A DNA stretch of 51,340 bases, the filler included, from Basidioascus undulatus (taxonomy: Eukaryota), in assembly GCA_000826855.1 (NCBI GenBank). It is 3 parts of 3 records of this genome, joined end to end, with 100 filler letters (N's around TTAATTAATTAA, not from the genome) between each part and the next. Parts side by side here need not be neighbours in the genome. Positions count along the whole stretch, not along the records: positions 34,314 to 51,340 come from JTLS01000552.1; 2 more parts are not named here. One strand, given 5' to 3'. The notes under the pieces are model-generated. The model did no database searches. It saw only the letters and a program-made list of their open reading frames with translations, and was not told where the DNA came from. A program made the translations under genes and the position numbers. Positions 48,240-51,340 of this stretch are shown piece by piece; the first letter of the stretch is position 1; each line of letters starts with the position of its first letter.

Positions 48240-49726
48240 TCACTCCCCCTTCTCCCTCCCGCAAAGCTCCCTCCTCAGCTCCTCACACATCCCCAACAGC
48301 CTCCGTCCCTTCTCCCACTCCTCCTCGCCGCCCCCGCCGGCAAGTGGGGTCGCAAGCACGTACTCCCTCCCGCGCTGGTCCGCGCACGAGCCGTACTTGT
48401 GGGGGCCTGCCTCTGCCCGCGCGTGGGGTGCTGGGGCAGGCGAGGGAGAATCGGGAGAGGGTGGAGGGGTGCAGGAGAGGGGAGCGGTGGAGGAGGGCGA
48501 GGGGGAGAGCGCGACGTGCGTTGCGCTGACGGCACCTTTGAGGGGCGTGATGGGTTGGTTGGGCGAGCCGAGGAGGCGCACGAGGTAGAATAGCGCGAGC
48601 ATGCAGTAGTCGACGACCCACCCGAGCCCAGGGAGGATCGAGTCGCTCATGATCGAGCTCGCCACGATCCCAGGGTGGACGACGAAGCTGCGCAGTTCCG
48701 CCTCTCCCTTCACTTTCCCCTCCCCCTCCCCCTTTCCCCGTAGCTTCTCGTCCAGCGCCGCGCCGAGCAGCTCGGTCGCGTACTTGGAGGCTTCGTAGGA
48801 CTTGGGGGTGCGAATCGCTTGCCAGTCGGACGGGAAGGCGTAGGACGAGGGGTAGGCTTCGAGGGAGGACGTCCAGAGGATCCGGGCGGCGCGGAAGGGG
48901 GAGCGGCGGAGGTGGGGGAGGAACTCGCTGGCCTGCGGCAGGTCCGGGAAGAGCGTGAGAAGGCGATGGTGAGGTGAGATGGAGAGGTGAAGATGTGAGG
49001 AGGGGAGGAACGAAGGGGGGGCGCACAAGGATATAATGTCCAAACACGTTCGCCTGCCACACCCACCCGACCCCCTCCGCAGTCGTCTCCCCCGAGCTCT
49101 GGAGCTTGAAGTTCGGCGCGGTGGCCGCTGCGATCGGGTGCGTGAGGATCTGCCCAATCGCCGCAGGCCAGTTGATGCCCGTGAAAGTGCCCAGGCCGGC
49201 ATTGCAGAAGAGGTGCGTGACGTAGGGATAACTGACCATCCTCCCCCAGCCTCAGTGTCTTCCCCCTTTCACGGAAAGAGAAAGAGAAAGAAGAAGCGAC
49301 TGGCTTACCGGCTCCGCACCTCCTCCACAAAGTCCAGACACTCCCGTGTCCCCCCCAAATCAAGCTTCACGAACTCCAGCACCAAATCCTGCTTGAAGCC
49401 GTCCACCACGCCCTCCCCCTTCCTCCGCCTGCGAGCAAGCTCCCTGTCGAGCTCAGCGAGGAGGCGTTCCCTTGCGGCGTGCGCGCGCTGGGGCGAGCGG
49501 CAGGCGAGAATGAGCGTGAGGGGCGCGCCGGCAAAGGGCGTGAGCGGAGCGTCGGAGGGCGTGGGGGAGGAGAGCTGGAAGAGGAGGCGGAGGGAGATGC
49601 CGTAGCCGACGCCGCTGGGGGGACGGGGGGGTGAGCAGGGGATGCCACGGAGGAGGAGGGGGAGAAGGAGGGGTACCTGTTCGCGCCGGTTACGATCGCG
49701 ATCACTCGTTTGGGCCCGTCTGCCAT
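48240..49726 (-). CDS. ERG27: 3-keto-steroid reductase (SDR)
   Basis: VIAIVTGAN-SGVGYGISLRL, LILACRS, LFCNAG, GWVWQANVFGHYIL, ILWTSSLEA, DWQ....SYEASK (YxxxK) and VHPGIVAS. Confidence 0.92.
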
Positions 49727-49925
49727 CTCGGGGAGGTGAATGTGAGGGTGTGAGAGGGGGGGAGGCCATGGCACTGAATTGCAAGAGGAAGACGCGCCGC
49801 TCAGGCCATTCGGGCGCGTGTGCTTTTGTTTGGCAACGCGCGTACGACTTACCCGCTTCAACCTATTCCGCACATTCTGTCAATGAAATAGTGTTGCGAA
49901 GATAGTGACTTTCTTTGGATGGAAG

Positions 49926-49965
49926 GGAGCCCGGTTCTTGGTCGCGGAGCCCGGTTCTTGGTCGC
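49926..49965. repeat. Perfect 20-bp tandem duplication in a divergent promoter
   Basis: GGAGCCCGGTTCTTGGTCGC occurs twice in direct tandem. Confidence 0.92.
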
Positions 49966-50159
49966 CAATTGTTCGGCGACACACCTGCCCCGCAGCTGAA
50001 TGTTGAGCGCAATCTAAGCCGGAGCCCGCTGCTCTCCTGACGGCACCGCCTCGAGACTTGGCTTTGCTCTGCTCTTTCACGGCAGCCTCCCGATCTCAAC
50101 GCCTCCCATCACACTTCTCACACAGACATCCACACGAATAACACACACCCGACCCCGCG

Positions 50160-51340
50160 ATGGAGAAGCTCAAATCCGCCCTGCGCGGCGCGTCCGAGAG
50201 CTCGCGCAACACCCTCACCCGCGCGTCCAACGGCTTCGCAGACTTCAGCCAGCAGCCGTCCCTTGTCCGTCGCTTTTACACCGCATTCCCAAAGTCGGGA
50301 GCTCATGGGGACTTGGGAGGGGGCGCAGGACCAATTAGACCACAAAGCGATGGGCTGCCGCTATGCCCAGATCCTCTTCGCCTTCCTCGCGATGTGCCTG
50401 TGGGCGGGGACGGCGGGTGCGTTGCGCTGTCTTTGGGGGTTTTCCGAAGGAGGGTGGCTTATCGCAAGGAATATGGGTGCACAGGCTTCCAGGCGAAGTG
50501 GGACGTCGGGCCATCGTTCCTATCAGGGTGCGTTGCTTCTTCTCCCCCTCACCGGAGAGCCTCCTGGACTGACGCTGAATGGGTTGTGCGACCTCCTTGA
50601 CTGACTTGATGGCAGACTGTCAATCGCCATTTCCGTCCTCCTCCTCCTCCTCTCCTCTGCCCTCCTCCTCATCCCCTTCCTCTACATCAAGAAAGACTGG
50701 TTCCGAGTCCGTCGCCCATCTGCCCCCTGCCTTTCCCCCCTCCCACCTCCCTATCTCCTTCCCTCTGAAACTGACGCTGTGGAACGTAACAGACAGCGGA
50801 CCAGTTTCTGAAGGAGCGCCGCTCTGAGTGGGTCCTGAACGGGATCGGCGGGGGGCTCTCCCTCCTCATCGCGTAAGTCCGTTTTCTGCCTTGGACACCC
50901 TTTTCTTTTGGCGAGTCTGCCCAATGCGCCGCAATGGCTAACTTGTGGACGGAGAAGGACGATCACGACTGGTTCAGCGTGTGCGCCCTTTCCGCCACCT
51001 CCCCCCACCTCCCCCCACCTCCCCTCCTCCTCTCATACTAACATGCTTTTCTAGTCTCCACCCCCGGCTGTAAAGTGGGTCTCTTCCCTGCTCCCTCTTA
51101 AAGGCGGCTTACCGTATCCCCCGGCTCATACTCACACTGCACCACCTCCTCCCCTCCCTCCCCCGCGCAGGACCCCGCCAAAGACCCCAACGAAAAGAAG
51201 GGTGACGACTTCAAGAACGCCCTGTCCGACTTCTGCGGGACGAAGAAAGCCGGGTCCATCTTCTTTTGGCTCGTCTTCCGTGCGTCCTCCCTCCCTCTTT
51301 TCTCCCCCTCCCCTTTCCCTCCTCCTCCTCCTCCCCTCCC
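50160..51340 (+). CDS. MARVEL-like multi-pass membrane protein, 3'-truncated
   Basis: RYAQILFAFLAMCLWAG-FQAKWDVGPSFLSG, a hydrophobic LSIAISVLLLLLSSALLLIP segment and GCKDPAKDPNEKKGDDFKNALSDFCGTKKAGSIFFWLVF. Confidence 0.68.

Noticed and set aside
50995..51024. (CCACCTCCCC)x3 and similar C-rich runs
   Set aside because: Ordinary intronic low-complexity sequence; not telomeric or CRISPR-like.
1..51340. Transposons, CRISPR arrays, rRNA
   Set aside because: I recognised no transposase, reverse transcriptase or integrase motifs, LTRs, TIRs, repeat-spacer arrays or rRNA sequence.

Overview
Eukaryotic, GC-rich, intron-dense fungal DNA, most consistent with a basidiomycete (short GTGCGT/GTGAGT/GTAAGT..AG introns, fungal gene families). 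The window is not one locus. It consists of three pieces of 17070, 17043 and 17027 bp joined by artificial 100-bp spacers (N44-TTAATTAATTAA-N44), so gene order is meaningful only within a piece. Piece 1 holds the 3' part of an NAD kinase, an O6-alkylguanine alkyltransferase, a Zn2Cys6 factor, a HotDog thioesterase with three micro-exons, a PMT4-type mannosyltransferase, two GPI-type Ser/Thr-rich proteins, tRNA-Val(AAC) with an atypical A54, and a partial VPS51. Piece 2 holds a partial GH15 glucoamylase, an orphan ORF, a stand-alone Rev1-like BRCT protein, a DUF2415 WD40 protein, an auxin-efflux-carrier family transporter, a CRY-DASH pseudogene, a degenerate FEN1/XPG-like long ORF and a small membrane protein. 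Piece 3 holds an intronless mitochondrial RNase II (partial), CYP51/ERG11, an acidic/basic zinc-finger protein, a ~7 kb tract of decayed genes (fructosyl-amine oxidase, UPF0658-like membrane protein, F-box/LRR), ERG27 and a divergent MARVEL-like gene (partial). The strongest signals are clustered gene decay, the ERG11-ERG27 linkage and the XPG-like relic. I found no convincing novel multi-gene system. All family calls come from motif recognition by eye, and exon boundaries were reconstructed manually.
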